Shown here one piece after another: positions 1-8,701 of a stretch of 17,923 nt of DNA (positions within the stretch are counted from its first letter, which is position 1; the number at the start of each line of letters is the position of its first letter). The translations under genes and the position numbers were made by a program. The notes beneath the pieces are model-generated. The model did not search any database. It had not been told where the DNA came from and worked only from the letters and a program-made list of their open reading frames with translations. Location: the NCBI GenBank assembly GCA_963806035.1, contig CAWDWO010000018.1, forward strand, positions 1 through 17,923, written 5' to 3'. The DNA is from Candidatus Krumholzibacteriota bacterium (GTDB lineage: Bacteria > Krumholzibacteriota > Krumholzibacteriia > JAJRXK01).

Positions 1-1
1 C

Positions 2-895
2 GGTCCCATCGATCCGGGGATCTACGGCTTCACCTACTCCAATTCCCTGGGCAGCGATGGGGTGCTGTTGCCGAACGAATCCTCGCAAGCACTCACCTGG
101 GTCTTCCATGATCCGGGCCTCTTGAGCTTTTCCTTTGCCGCGCGAGCAGATTTCGCACTCTCGAATACCACTTCGTCCATCTCCGGGACGGTATTCCGCG
201 ATTCGAATTACGACGGCATCCGGCAACGCGACGAAGGTCCGCTCCAAGGCGCCATCGTGCGCGGCCTCTCCCCCAGCGGCAAGCCGATGGAGGCCGTTCC
301 TGACGAGACGGGCTTTTATCGTTTCGCCGTCACCGAGCCGGGACTCTATCAACTGCAGCTGGACAGCCTGCTGGATTGCGTGGCGAGCCTCACGGATTGT
401 CCTATCTGCTACACCACACCGCGAGTCCTTAGGATTTTCCTCTCCACCGGCGAGGATGGAAGACCCATCTCCTTCCAGCACGCGGATTACGGCGCCGTCC
501 CCGGACCCTGTCCGGGCGCGGTCCGGCCCACCCAACTCACCAGGGCCGATCCGGATTCGCTGAGGCCACAGGACTACTACCGGCTCATGGATGCAACGAT
601 CGAGGGGAAGATCTTGAGGCTGCACATCGGCTTCGGGGGTTGCTCGGCCGATCACGAGTTCGCGCTCTTTGCCGGTCTCCCCTTCAAAATGGAATCCGGG
701 GAGGCGCATACCTGGTTGCGGCTGATGCACGACGACCACGGCGAGCTTTGCGACGCCTGGTTCGAGCGCTTCTTCAGCTTCGATTTACAGGCAGTCAGAG
801 ACGCCTATCTGCAGCGCTACGGTGTAACGGGACCCGTGGTCTTGGAACTCCGGGAGCCGAATGGCCAAGTCACGAAGTTCCTCTTGGAGCCCTGA
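2..895 (+). CDS. 5'-truncated probable secreted protein with SdrD B-like domain and NigD-like C-terminal domain
   Basis: Frame is open from position 2 (GPIDPGIYGFTYSNSLGSDGVLLP...), so the GTG at 62 is probably not the true start. SISGTVFRDSNYDGIRQRDEGPLQGAIV...DETGFYRF...PGLYQL is an SdrD-B pattern. ATIEGKILRLHIGFGGCSADHEF...MES...LRLMHDDHGELCDAWFERFFSFDL resembles the NigD-like C-terminal domain. Stop TGA at 893-895. Confidence 0.75.
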   Translation, partial: GPIDPGIYGFTYSNSLGSDGVLLPNESSQALTWVFHDPGLLSFSFAARADFALSNTTSSISGTVFRDSNYDGIRQRDEGPLQGAIVRGLSPSGKPMEAVPDETGFYRFAVTEPGLYQLQLDSLLDCVASLTDCPICYTTPRVLRIFLSTGEDGRPISFQHADYGAVPGPCPGAVRPTQLTRADPDSLRPQDYYRLMDATIEGKILRLHIGFGGCSADHEFALFAGLPFKMESGEAHTWLRLMHDDHGELCDAWFERFFSFDLQAVRDAYLQRYGVTGPVVLELREPNGQVTKFLLEP

Positions 896-916
896 ACCAG
901 GATCCGGTTCGAAGAT

Positions 917-950
917 GAAAAGGGCGCCCCGTGAGGAGCGCCCTTCTTTC
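917..950. terminator. Probable bidirectional intrinsic terminator between convergent genes
   Basis: GAAAAGGGCGCCCC-GTGA-GGAGCGCCCTTCTTTC. The minus-strand RNA forms GGGCGCUCC-UCAC-GGGGCGCCC followed by UUUUC; the plus-strand stem is followed by UUCUUUC. It lies between the stops at 895 (+) and 972 (-). Confidence 0.75.
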
Positions 951-971
951 AAACGAGAAACTGGCAATCTC

Positions 972-3900
972 TTACTCGATATCCCCGATGTAAGAGCGAT
1001 AGGGATCCACGTCGCGTCCCACCACGATGTGTTGCTTCTTGTCCCGATAGAGAACGATGAGCTGCTTGTCGGGGAACTTGCCGAGGACCTGCGTGTCCAG
1101 GGTGTAGGTGTCGGTATCGATCGGCACCTCACGCAAGAGGTGTCCGCTGGTATCGTAGATCCGCAGGGTACTCCCCGGCTCGAGTTCACTGAACTCCACC
1201 TGGTATCCGGATACGGAGATCGTGCCTACGCGAGCAATGTTGGCCAGATCGGAACCGGCCGGCGCAACTCCCGCCCCACCCTGCACGTCGAAGTCCATCG
1301 GCTGTAGGGTGCTACAACTCTCCGAGTCTCCCAGCGGCGCACCCGACTGCGAGATGATTCCCGAGCCGAAGCTCAGCCTGAGGCTGGCCGGCTCGGAGAT
1401 GGCCGTATCCAGGACCAGGCGGAGCAGCGTATCGCTGACCCACTGCTGGGCCAGTCCGAGAGTCTTGGCCTGGGCCTGTCCGCCCGAAGATTCCAGGACG
1501 AAGCTGCCCGAGCGCACACTACTCCGGAGAACCGGCTCGTCGAATTCGAGTTCGATTTCGGAGATGCTCTGTGCGGAGCTTCCCACCGTTGGCGTCGTGG
1601 ATACGATGTGCATGCAGCCCGAAGGCGTCAGATTCGGATCGAGCTGGAAGCTGAGCGTGGGCTGGGGATCACAGTTGTCTCCCACTCCCAGGGGCGCTCC
1701 GGTGCTGCTCTTTAGATCGGGATCGATCGCAAGCGTGAAGGTCCCCACTTCGTCCGGAGGACTGGCGGTCGTCACCTTCAGCTCGCTCGGAGACACCGCG
1801 GAGAGACTGACCGGATAGTCGACCGATCCTCCAGCGGCGGGCGTGAATGTGAGAGTGAATCCCGAAGGATCCATGCTCGCAGTATCCACGACCTGATCCA
1901 GACGCAGGATGACGCCGTTGAAACTCGCGATCTGCGCACCGTCGACCGGTTCGCTCTGATACATGGTCATGCAGCTGCTGTTGGTACTTGCCGGCGCGAC
2001 TTCGATGCTGATCTCCGACGGATTCGGACTCCAGTTCGCCGCCATGTCCAGGCCCTCTACTCTGAGAGTGTGAGTCTCTCCCGCGGACCAGTTGGAGGCG
2101 TCGACAGTGTAGTAGAGCAGAGCGACGTCGTTGGTCAGGCCAACCGGATGCTGCAGCGGAACGACCTCGCCCTGCCAGGCAGGCTGGGAGTCGTAGGACA
2201 ACCTCGCGTTGGTCACCGCTGCGTGTCCCGTCGTGGCGTCGCTGATGAGCAACTGGATCGTCGCGGTGGTTCCCTCCTCCACCAACAGGCTACCAAATCC
2301 CTGATGGACCACCGTGGGGCCGACCGAGTCCTCCGCGATGTTGCTCACCACCGAGACATTTCCCGCGGCGTCAGTGGTCCGAATCGCCACGCGCAAAGCA
2401 CCATCGCTGGCGTCGATCGTTCCCAGATTCACCGTCTGCACGTTGCCCGGGAGTTCGGGAGCCGGAGGATTGGCTACCACCGTCGCGGTGTTCCAATCGA
2501 AGTTGGTGGAAGGATCCGCCGTCGCATAGCGGATCTCGACCTGCGACGGCATGCCGCTGGGCCCCTGATCCGCCGGAGCGGACCATTGCAACACCGCGCT
2601 GCCGTCATCGGCATCGAAGTTCAACTCGAGGTCGTCGACGGCATCGGGTGCCACTTCGTCGGGTCCCGCGCTGCTGGCAACGGTGAGGGCAAAAGTGGTG
2701 GGATCGCCGCAAGAGCCGTCGCCATTACCGTCGAGGAAATGACCGGCCAGGCTAGAGAGATTCCCGCTCACCGTGAAGGTGACGGTTTCCCCGTTCTGTG
2801 GGGTGGGACTCAGGTTGAGGCTGAGCACCGTCGAACTCAGCTGGGAACTGACGGTGAAAGATCCCGTGCTGCTACCTTCGGCCGTGACGGCCCCCTGCAA
2901 GGTGGTCGGATCGAGTGACTCGGAGAAGAGCAAAAGAACGCCGCTGGACGAAGGATCGTAGCTCTCGCCGGCGTCCGGGGTGGTGCTGAGCAAGCTGAGG
3001 CATCCGTCGCTCGTGCCGCCCTGTGAGAGCAGGTACTGCAGGTAGGCGCCACCGTTTCTCGCTGCCACCGCCTGGTTCTTCATGTTGGAGTAGGTAATAC
3101 CACTGCCGTCGAACCAGGGATCCTTGGTCGCGGTGGCCCAGTCGGTCGGTACGTGCACCAGCATGGAGGCATCTCCGGTCAGCCAGTACGCGTAGCTCAA
3201 GCCCTCGTCGACTCTCAGATTGAGTCCGGCGTCGGCGACAGCCGTAACTCCTCCGTGATAATCCCACGAGTACGCCCAGCGTGACGATGCGGGGACCCAA
3301 CAGTAGGTCTGCAGCCAGTTGCCGTAGGTGTGCAGCGACTGCACCCCCTGTGCGTCAGGGGTACCCAACTGTCGTTCCCGCTCCTCGAGGAACTCACCGA
3401 GGTTCCCCATGAGCATCCCGAGTTGCCAAACCGAAACTTGGCTCTGCCAGGGCGGATCGAAAGTGGTGTCGTCGCACAGGTCCGGACCGTTGATCCAGCA
3501 GCGATCGGCCGCATTGGTTCGACGCATCACGTCCAGGCAAGCATCGAGATATTTCTGCTCACCCGTGGCTCGCCATGCTTCGAGCGAAATGCTGAGGAAC
3601 CAGGCCGCGGCACGGATCTCGCCGTCGGTCTTGACCTCGCTATAACCACCACTGTTGGGGTCGTTGGCCAGGCGCCAAGCCGTGTTGTCCGCCACCTCGA
3701 CCGCAGAGTCGTACACGACGGGATCGCCGGTTAAGTAGTAGTAATAGAACATGCCCTGCGCGTTGTAGTGCCCGGGCTGAGGATAATCGGTGCGGTGCTT
3801 GTGCGAACCGGTGCGGTCGTGGGTAAAGAACCCACCATTGCGCCAACCCAGATCTCCCTGGGTATGGTAGACGTCGATGTCGGCCAGGTGGCGCGCCGCC

Positions 3901-5501
3901 GGCTCGATGAAGGTCCACCAGTCGAAATTCCCGGAGCGCACCATCTGCAGGATCATCCCGTAGGAATAGTCGTTCTCACAATTGGCGCGGTCGCCCTGAT
4001 GTTCGTACTCGGCAAAGAAGTCGCCGTAGTCCCACCAACCGTAGACGTCATCGTAGGCGAGATTTCCCCCGGCGGAGGCTTCTGGACGGTCCGCCGTGAA
4101 GCCTATGCCACCGTAGAGGCCGGCCCGCTCGTAGAGTTCGTAGTCGGGCGAGGGAGACTCCGAGACGGGAACGGTCCGCCGGAAACAACCCGTTCCCAGA
4201 TAGTACTCCGGCGGCGCGAGCGCGATCATCGGATTCAGAGCCGAGAGCATGCGCGCCTGCGTGTTCGCGCCTCCGTCGCTGAAGAAGTCGACGCGAATCC
4301 GGTGGGTCTTCTGCTCACCACCACGCATGGAATGGTCGCCGCTCTGAAACTCGCTGAAGAACTCGGCTTTGACGGTTCCGTCCGCTTGGGCCACCAGACC
4401 GTTGGGATAGTTCTGCCAGAACTCGTCGATCCCGAAGGCCACGCCGTTCTGTCCACTGCGAACTTCCATCCAGCCTTCGGCTTGATCGCCGCTGCCCACT
4501 TGAGTTTCACTCTGAGGATCGCCGGCATAGAAGCGCCAACCGCGGTAGCTGTTCTTTTTGAGATCGGTCCACTTGTTCCAGCTATCCAGCCCGCTGCTGT
4601 CCTGGTGAATGTAGCCCCTCTGTCCACTACTCAGCGACACCGTCATCGGGGCGCTGCCCTCGTCCGCCCCCACCTTCAGCGAGCCGTTGCTGAAGGGGGT
4701 CGCGAGTTCGATTCTAGCGTCCTGGAAGGCGACCGAGCCATCGCCCCGATAGTCGATCGCGCCGGGGCGCCAGTTGTGGAGAGTCTGCTGGATGCGCAGT
4801 TCGGCGCTGCCCAGAGTGGCGGTGATGCGAGTCACGTAGTTTAGAATCTGGCTGCTGGATGTCTCGCTCTGCAGCTTGCCCTTGAAGAGCAGGGTCACGC
4901 TCTGCGAACCCTGGTGTTCGATCTCTGCAACCGTCGGGGCGGAAGCGGCGGCCGTGTAACGTTCGCCATCACTACCATCCACTACCAGCCCTGCGGACTG
5001 ACCGGGACGCAGTACCTGCAGGTCGTAACTGCCATCGCCGTCGCTGTCGATGGATGCCGTCTCGAGAATGTGGAAGCTGGCCTTGTCGACCGTGAAACGC
5101 AGCACTCCGGTTTCCACGGTGATGGTGGTTCCATCGTCCGTGGCGACGAGCGCACTCGAACCGTTTGCATTCCCGTTGTCACTCAGTTGGTAGACGCTGG
5201 TGCCGCGAGCGGGAACGTCGACGGGAAGGGTCAACAGAACCCAGCGGGGTGAACCGTCCCACCATTGCGTCAGAGTCCGCGCTTGCAGCGCGTTGACCGT
5301 CCCGTTGGGACCGGAGATGCCGAGCTGATCGGGAGAGGAGATCGCACCCTGCGCGAAGGGAACTCCGACTTCCAAGGTGGCGCCTTCGCGCGGAACCGCG
5401 AGCTCGTTGCGAACGGTCAAAGGAACCGTCAATGCGAAGGCAGAGGAAGGAAAGATCATGAGAGTGAAGACGATCAGCCAACGCCGCAAGCTCGATTTCA
5501 T
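972..5501 (-). CDS. Large secreted multidomain protein: PcRGLX/YetA-like (PL26-related) lyase module + 3 Big_5/SbsA-like Ig domains + FN3-like domain + T9SS/FlgD-like C-terminal tail
   Basis: Intact 1509-aa ORF with signal peptide MKSSLRRWLIVFTLMIFPSSAFA. GVPFAQG...QARTLTQWWDGSPRWVLL matches the YetA/PcRGLX N-terminal barrel motif. GWWDYGD, ARHLADID and YYYYLTGD fit the alpha/alpha toroid. STTP..G...F.E.(L/V) Ig repeats, PDAVDDL...WSAPAD...EIRYA (FN3-like) and tail STLRIYDTSGHLLRE follow. Confidence 0.8.
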   Translation of the reverse strand: MKSSLRRWLIVFTLMIFPSSAFALTVPLTVRNELAVPREGATLEVGVPFAQGAISSPDQLGISGPNGTVNALQARTLTQWWDGSPRWVLLTLPVDVPARGTSVYQLSDNGNANGSSALVATDDGTTITVETGVLRFTVDKASFHILETASIDSDGDGSYDLQVLRPGQSAGLVVDGSDGERYTAAASAPTVAEIEHQGSQSVTLLFKGKLQSETSSSQILNYVTRITATLGSAELRIQQTLHNWRPGAIDYRGDGSVAFQDARIELATPFSNGSLKVGADEGSAPMTVSLSSGQRGYIHQDSSGLDSWNKWTDLKKNSYRGWRFYAGDPQSETQVGSGDQAEGWMEVRSGQNGVAFGIDEFWQNYPNGLVAQADGTVKAEFFSEFQSGDHSMRGGEQKTHRIRVDFFSDGGANTQARMLSALNPMIALAPPEYYLGTGCFRRTVPVSESPSPDYELYERAGLYGGIGFTADRPEASAGGNLAYDDVYGWWDYGDFFAEYEHQGDRANCENDYSYGMILQMVRSGNFDWWTFIEPAARHLADIDVYHTQGDLGWRNGGFFTHDRTGSHKHRTDYPQPGHYNAQGMFYYYYLTGDPVVYDSAVEVADNTAWRLANDPNSGGYSEVKTDGEIRAAAWFLSISLEAWRATGEQKYLDACLDVMRRTNAADRCWINGPDLCDDTTFDPPWQSQVSVWQLGMLMGNLGEFLEERERQLGTPDAQGVQSLHTYGNWLQTYCWVPASSRWAYSWDYHGGVTAVADAGLNLRVDEGLSYAYWLTGDASMLVHVPTDWATATKDPWFDGSGITYSNMKNQAVAARNGGAYLQYLLSQGGTSDGCLSLLSTTPDAGESYDPSSSGVLLLFSESLDPTTLQGAVTAEGSSTGSFTVSSQLSSTVLSLNLSPTPQNGETVTFTVSGNLSSLAGHFLDGNGDGSCGDPTTFALTVASSAGPDEVAPDAVDDLELNFDADDGSAVLQWSAPADQGPSGMPSQVEIRYATADPSTNFDWNTATVVANPPAPELPGNVQTVNLGTIDASDGALRVAIRTTDAAGNVSVVSNIAEDSVGPTVVHQGFGSLLVEEGTTATIQLLISDATTGHAAVTNARLSYDSQPAWQGEVVPLQHPVGLTNDVALLYYTVDASNWSAGETHTLRVEGLDMAANWSPNPSEISIEVAPASTNSSCMTMYQSEPVDGAQIASFNGVILRLDQVVDTASMDPSGFTLTFTPAAGGSVDYPVSLSAVSPSELKVTTASPPDEVGTFTLAIDPDLKSSTGAPLGVGDNCDPQPTLSFQLDPNLTPSGCMHIVSTTPTVGSSAQSISEIELEFDEPVLRSSVRSGSFVLESSGGQAQAKTLGLAQQWVSDTLLRLVLDTAISEPASLRLSFGSGIISQSGAPLGDSESCSTLQPMDFDVQGGAGVAPAGSDLANIARVGTISVSGYQVEFSELEPGSTLRIYDTSGHLLREVPIDTDTYTLDTQVLGKFPDKQLIVLYRDKKQHIVVGRDVDPYRSYIGDIE
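1275..3005 (-). repeat. Three diverged ~105-aa Ig-like (Big_5) protein repeats (about 2680-3005, 1640-1976, 1275-1619)
   Basis: The repeats start GCLSLLSTTP / SCMTMYQSEP / GCMHIVSTTP and end SSLAGHFLDG..SC / KSSTGAPLG..NC / ISQSGAPLG..SC. Confidence 0.75.
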
Positions 5502-5691
5502 AAGGTACCTTCGCAGTTGGGTGTCATTCCTTGGTGCTCGATTCTGTCATCGAGAGCCGTGCGCCGCACGGTCGCCGGTATGGTGAAAGCGGAGGAACGA
5601 TGAGGAGCTTTCGCGGACCAAAACCGACATTTCAACTCGATGGTTCCCCCTGAGGAAGGGTTGGAACTCGGCAGCGGATATCTGCGCACGG

Positions 5692-5708
5692 AGCACGCAA
5701 TATGCCAG
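5692..5708 (-). promoter_or_regulatory. Candidate sigma-54 (-24/-12) promoter for the large secreted protein
   Basis: Minus strand CTGGCATATTGCGTGCT has GG-N10-GC spacing matching TGGCAC-N5-TTGCW. It sits in a 455-bp intergenic region about 190 nt upstream of ATG 5501. Confidence 0.55.
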
Positions 5709-5956
5709 CCTGTCTGCGAGTTCAAATGTCATGCTCGGGTGCAGTGGGGCGGGCCATATGAGAAACGCAAGGTAAGCAAGAACCCCCAGAAGAATCTAGA
5801 GCAATCTGCTTCATTTCCTCCGTGGGTGAATGCGCAGCGTGCTGAGAAGTTCCCGGGCTCGCAGGATGCGCGCGGGAAGGAAGATGGTTCGTGTGCTGAT
5901 CTTCAAGTTCCGCCGCGAACCGGGCTCATCAAGTCCGCGCGGAGACTTCTCGCGCC

Positions 5957-6931
5957 TCAACGACCCATGAATCCCAGCACCAGAGCACACACGCGCGCCA
6001 GCACATAACACGAATAGAGGACGAAGATGGCGAAGATCCTGTGGATTTCGGGACCTTTGCGCACGATGGCCCGCAAGGTGAGCAAGGAGGGCAGGCTCAA
6101 AAGCCCGATCCAGCCCAGGTGGAGCGGCCAGGAGCGCAGATCGTGGGGACTCGCGATCAGGCCGGCCACGAAAAGTAAGGCGAAAGAGAGCGCGAGCAGG
6201 GGAATGATCAGGCTGGGCACCTCGTCCGCCACCATCCCCCCTGCGCGCAGCCGATGGTAAGAATCCTTGCCGTGCCAGATTTCCTTCCGAAGAAATGCAG
6301 CGAGACTTGCCGGCTCCCGGTGGTGCAAGACCAGAACCTCCGGATCATCCAGAAGCGTACCGTGACGAGAGAGCCGGTAGGAGAGATCGGCATCCTCGCA
6401 GGTAGTCAAGCTCTCGTCGAATCCGCCGACCGCTTCGAAAGCGTCGCGGCGTACGGCCAGATTGGCCGAGGGAAGCCAGCGGGCTCGTTCGGGCTCTCCG
6501 CGAACCCGCAGCAGAAAGGACCAGGTTTTCTGGACCCAGGTTGTCCCTTGCTCAGCGACGTGCGGATAGTTCCCCACCGCGACCACCTGCTTCGACTCGA
6601 GAGCCCGCTGAATCGCCTCGGCCCAGCCGGCCTCGACGGTGCAGTCCGCATCGAGGAACGCCAGGTAGCGCCCGGACGAAACGCGTGCTCCCTCGTTGCG
6701 CACGGCTGCGATGGTCTCGGCGCGCGAATCGAGGACGAGTGCACCCTTCTCGCGCGCGATGGCCGCGGTCCGGTCACTCGATCCATTGTCGACCACCACG
6801 CATTCCACGGAGATGCTCGAACTCGTATTGCTCCGAATGGAATCGAGACACGCCGGGAGATACTGCTCCTCGTTGCGCGCCGGTATGATCACGCTCAGGT
6901 CGACACGCTTTCTTTCTCTGGATTCATCCAT
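5957..6931 (-). CDS. Family 2 glycosyltransferase with hydrophobic C-terminal (membrane) region
   Basis: LSVIIPARNEE, VVVDNGSSDRT, RNEGA, LAFLDAD (DXD), VGGFDE..CEDADL and C-terminal hydrophobic helices. The ATG overlaps the upstream TGA (TGATG, 6929-6933). Confidence 0.93.
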   Translation of the reverse strand: MDESRERKRVDLSVIIPARNEEQYLPACLDSIRSNTSSSISVECVVVDNGSSDRTAAIAREKGALVLDSRAETIAAVRNEGARVSSGRYLAFLDADCTVEAGWAEAIQRALESKQVVAVGNYPHVAEQGTTWVQKTWSFLLRVRGEPERARWLPSANLAVRRDAFEAVGGFDESLTTCEDADLSYRLSRHGTLLDDPEVLVLHHREPASLAAFLRKEIWHGKDSYHRLRAGGMVADEVPSLIIPLLALSFALLFVAGLIASPHDLRSWPLHLGWIGLLSLPSLLTLRAIVRKGPEIHRIFAIFVLYSCYVLARVCALVLGFMGR

Positions 6932-8391
6932 CAGATCTCGAGTTCGTCCATGAGCTCATCCTGTTCGAAGTCCTTGCTCTCCCGTTGGAGAGTGAGAGTG
7001 AGAGATACCGCCAGAGCGCCGATGAACCAACCAAACTCGTAGCGTTCCGCGCTGATGAAAAACGCGGTCACCCAAAACGCCACCTGACTGGCCAGGAGAG
7101 TCTTGGCCCACGACCTCACCAGAGGATCGTCCGCGCCTTCCTCGTCTCGCAGCCGCAAGAGCCGCCGAAACACGAAGACGTGAAAGAGGATCAAAAAGAT
7201 CAGTCCAGTGATCCCGTACTCGCCACCCGTCTGAACCAAGATGTTGTGCGCCTGGCGGGGCTTGCTCGAATCATAGAAGCGATACTGACTGACGTATTGG
7301 GCGGGCCCGACTCCCAAAAAGGGGTTACTGAGCATCATCTTGGTCCCGGCGCGCCACGAATGGAGCCGTCCTTCGGCGCTGGCTTCGCCTTCGTAGTGCA
7401 CGATGGTGTCGGCGCGCCCTTTCAGGGTTTGGGGCGCGGCCACCACATAGAAGCCCCCCAGGAGTAGGACCCCTCCGATCAGCGCGGGAACGCGGTGGCG
7501 ACTCTGCCAGGCGATCATACCAAAGGCGGCGGCGATTCCCAGCAGTCCTCCGCGGCTCGCGGTGAGAAAGACACAGAGCACGGCCAGGGGAATCATCCCG
7601 AGTGCCGGCAGCTTCCAGAACTTCGACTCGATGCGCTCTGCGAGATACCAGTAGAACGGAATCGCCAAGAGCAGATGCATTGCGAAGAAGTTGCGGTCCT
7701 TGAGAGTCGCGGAGGCGCTTCCGGGGCCGTCCAACATGTAGACGCCATGTACGTACTTCTGCATGAGGGCCCAAAAGGTGAGGTAGGCGAAAGAGCAAGT
7801 GACCAACCAAATGCTCACCTTGTACCAAGATCGTTGATTCATGAACGCCGCGAAGGTGCCGGCGAAGAGAAGCATCTTCGTGATGTCGATGAGCCGTTCA
7901 TAATTTCCTCCGTGCGTCAGCGCGGAGAGAGCCACGACTACGTTGAAGCTCAGCATCACCAGCAGAATTCGATCCTTGGGCGGAGACCCGCGGCGCGACA
8001 TCGATGTCCTTACCAGGGTCGCGATCAGGGTGAACACCGCAAGACCCAAGGAAATGCGGAGCTTCTCGAAACCCCAGAGGACTTCGTTCGGCCGGGCGAG
8101 GGCCATGATGTAGTAGGCCCAAAAACCGATCTGGGGTTTGATGAAAATCACGATTCCCAAACCGAGAACCATGACGGCGCCGAGCGCGTAGCGCACGTTG
8201 TCGTGCAAGAGCAGGTAAGAACTGATCAGGGAAAACGCGATGACCAAGAGTCCCACGAGGACGGAGCGCCACTTCACGAAGTAGCGGCTCAGAACCTCCG
8301 TCTCGAGAGGATGCCTTTCCAGAGGTTCGTCGTGATTTCGGCGCGGACTTCGCTCCCGTCTCCATTCATCGGCCTCACGCTGATCCGCCAT
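6931..8391 (-). CDS. O-antigen ligase/Wzy_C family membrane protein (resembles exosortase-associated putative O-glycosylation ligases)
   Basis: Many TM segments plus DRNFFA, LTASRGG, SAEGRLHSW, NPFLGVG and AHNILVQTGGEYGITG motifs. The likely start is ATG 8391 (MADQRE..., preceded by GAGG), not 8535. Confidence 0.88.
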   Translation of the reverse strand: MADQREADEWRRERSPRRNHDEPLERHPLETEVLSRYFVKWRSVLVGLLVIAFSLISSYLLLHDNVRYALGAVMVLGLGIVIFIKPQIGFWAYYIMALARPNEVLWGFEKLRISLGLAVFTLIATLVRTSMSRRGSPPKDRILLVMLSFNVVVALSALTHGGNYERLIDITKMLLFAGTFAAFMNQRSWYKVSIWLVTCSFAYLTFWALMQKYVHGVYMLDGPGSASATLKDRNFFAMHLLLAIPFYWYLAERIESKFWKLPALGMIPLAVLCVFLTASRGGLLGIAAAFGMIAWQSRHRVPALIGGVLLLGGFYVVAAPQTLKGRADTIVHYEGEASAEGRLHSWRAGTKMMLSNPFLGVGPAQYVSQYRFYDSSKPRQAHNILVQTGGEYGITGLIFLILFHVFVFRRLLRLRDEEGADDPLVRSWAKTLLASQVAFWVTAFFISAERYEFGWFIGALAVSLTLTLQRESKDFEQDELMDELEI

Positions 8392-8518
8392 GCCAACCTC
8401 TGCAGAATCACACGCCCGCTGCTCGAGCTTGCCCTGATACCGCTCGGAACGGCGGCCCGATCCAAGGAAGAGCTCTTGAGGCAAAGGGAGCGGAACGAAG
8501 GAGAAGTCCCAGAAGACC

Positions 8519-8534
8519 AGCGGGAAGTATGCCA
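8519..8534 (-). promoter_or_regulatory. Weak candidate sigma-54 promoter for the ligase-GT2 unit
   Basis: Minus strand TGGCATACTTCCCGCT has GG-N10-GC with a good -24 box but a non-consensus -12 (CCGC). About 130 nt upstream of ATG 8391. Confidence 0.35.
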
Positions 8535-8701
8535 TCCCCGCCGTCCTTCACACAAGAATCGGCTTGGACTGGTAGCCGCCGATTTCGCTTGGAGTCTGGA
8601 TCTTGCTTTGGAACTGGCCTAGTGTGCTGCAAACTCGCAGCCTGGGACACCCAAGCTTGACCATCCCCAGCGGGGGATCGTGTCGAAGTCCGGAAAGAAA
8701 G

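Noticed and set aside
8392..8535. 48-aa N-terminal extension of the ligase
   Set aside because: It is not protein-like, an RBS-preceded ATG exists at 8391, and the upstream ATG falls inside a promoter-like element.
2070..8622. Long plus-strand ORFs (2070-2918, 3768-4844, 6254-7042, 7495-8622)
   Set aside because: These are codon-aligned antisense shadows of real minus-strand genes, typical of high-GC DNA, with no motifs.
8603..8701. N-terminal extension of the plus-strand GT4
   Set aside because: The GT-B fold begins at MPKIVVLHLI (ATG 8702).
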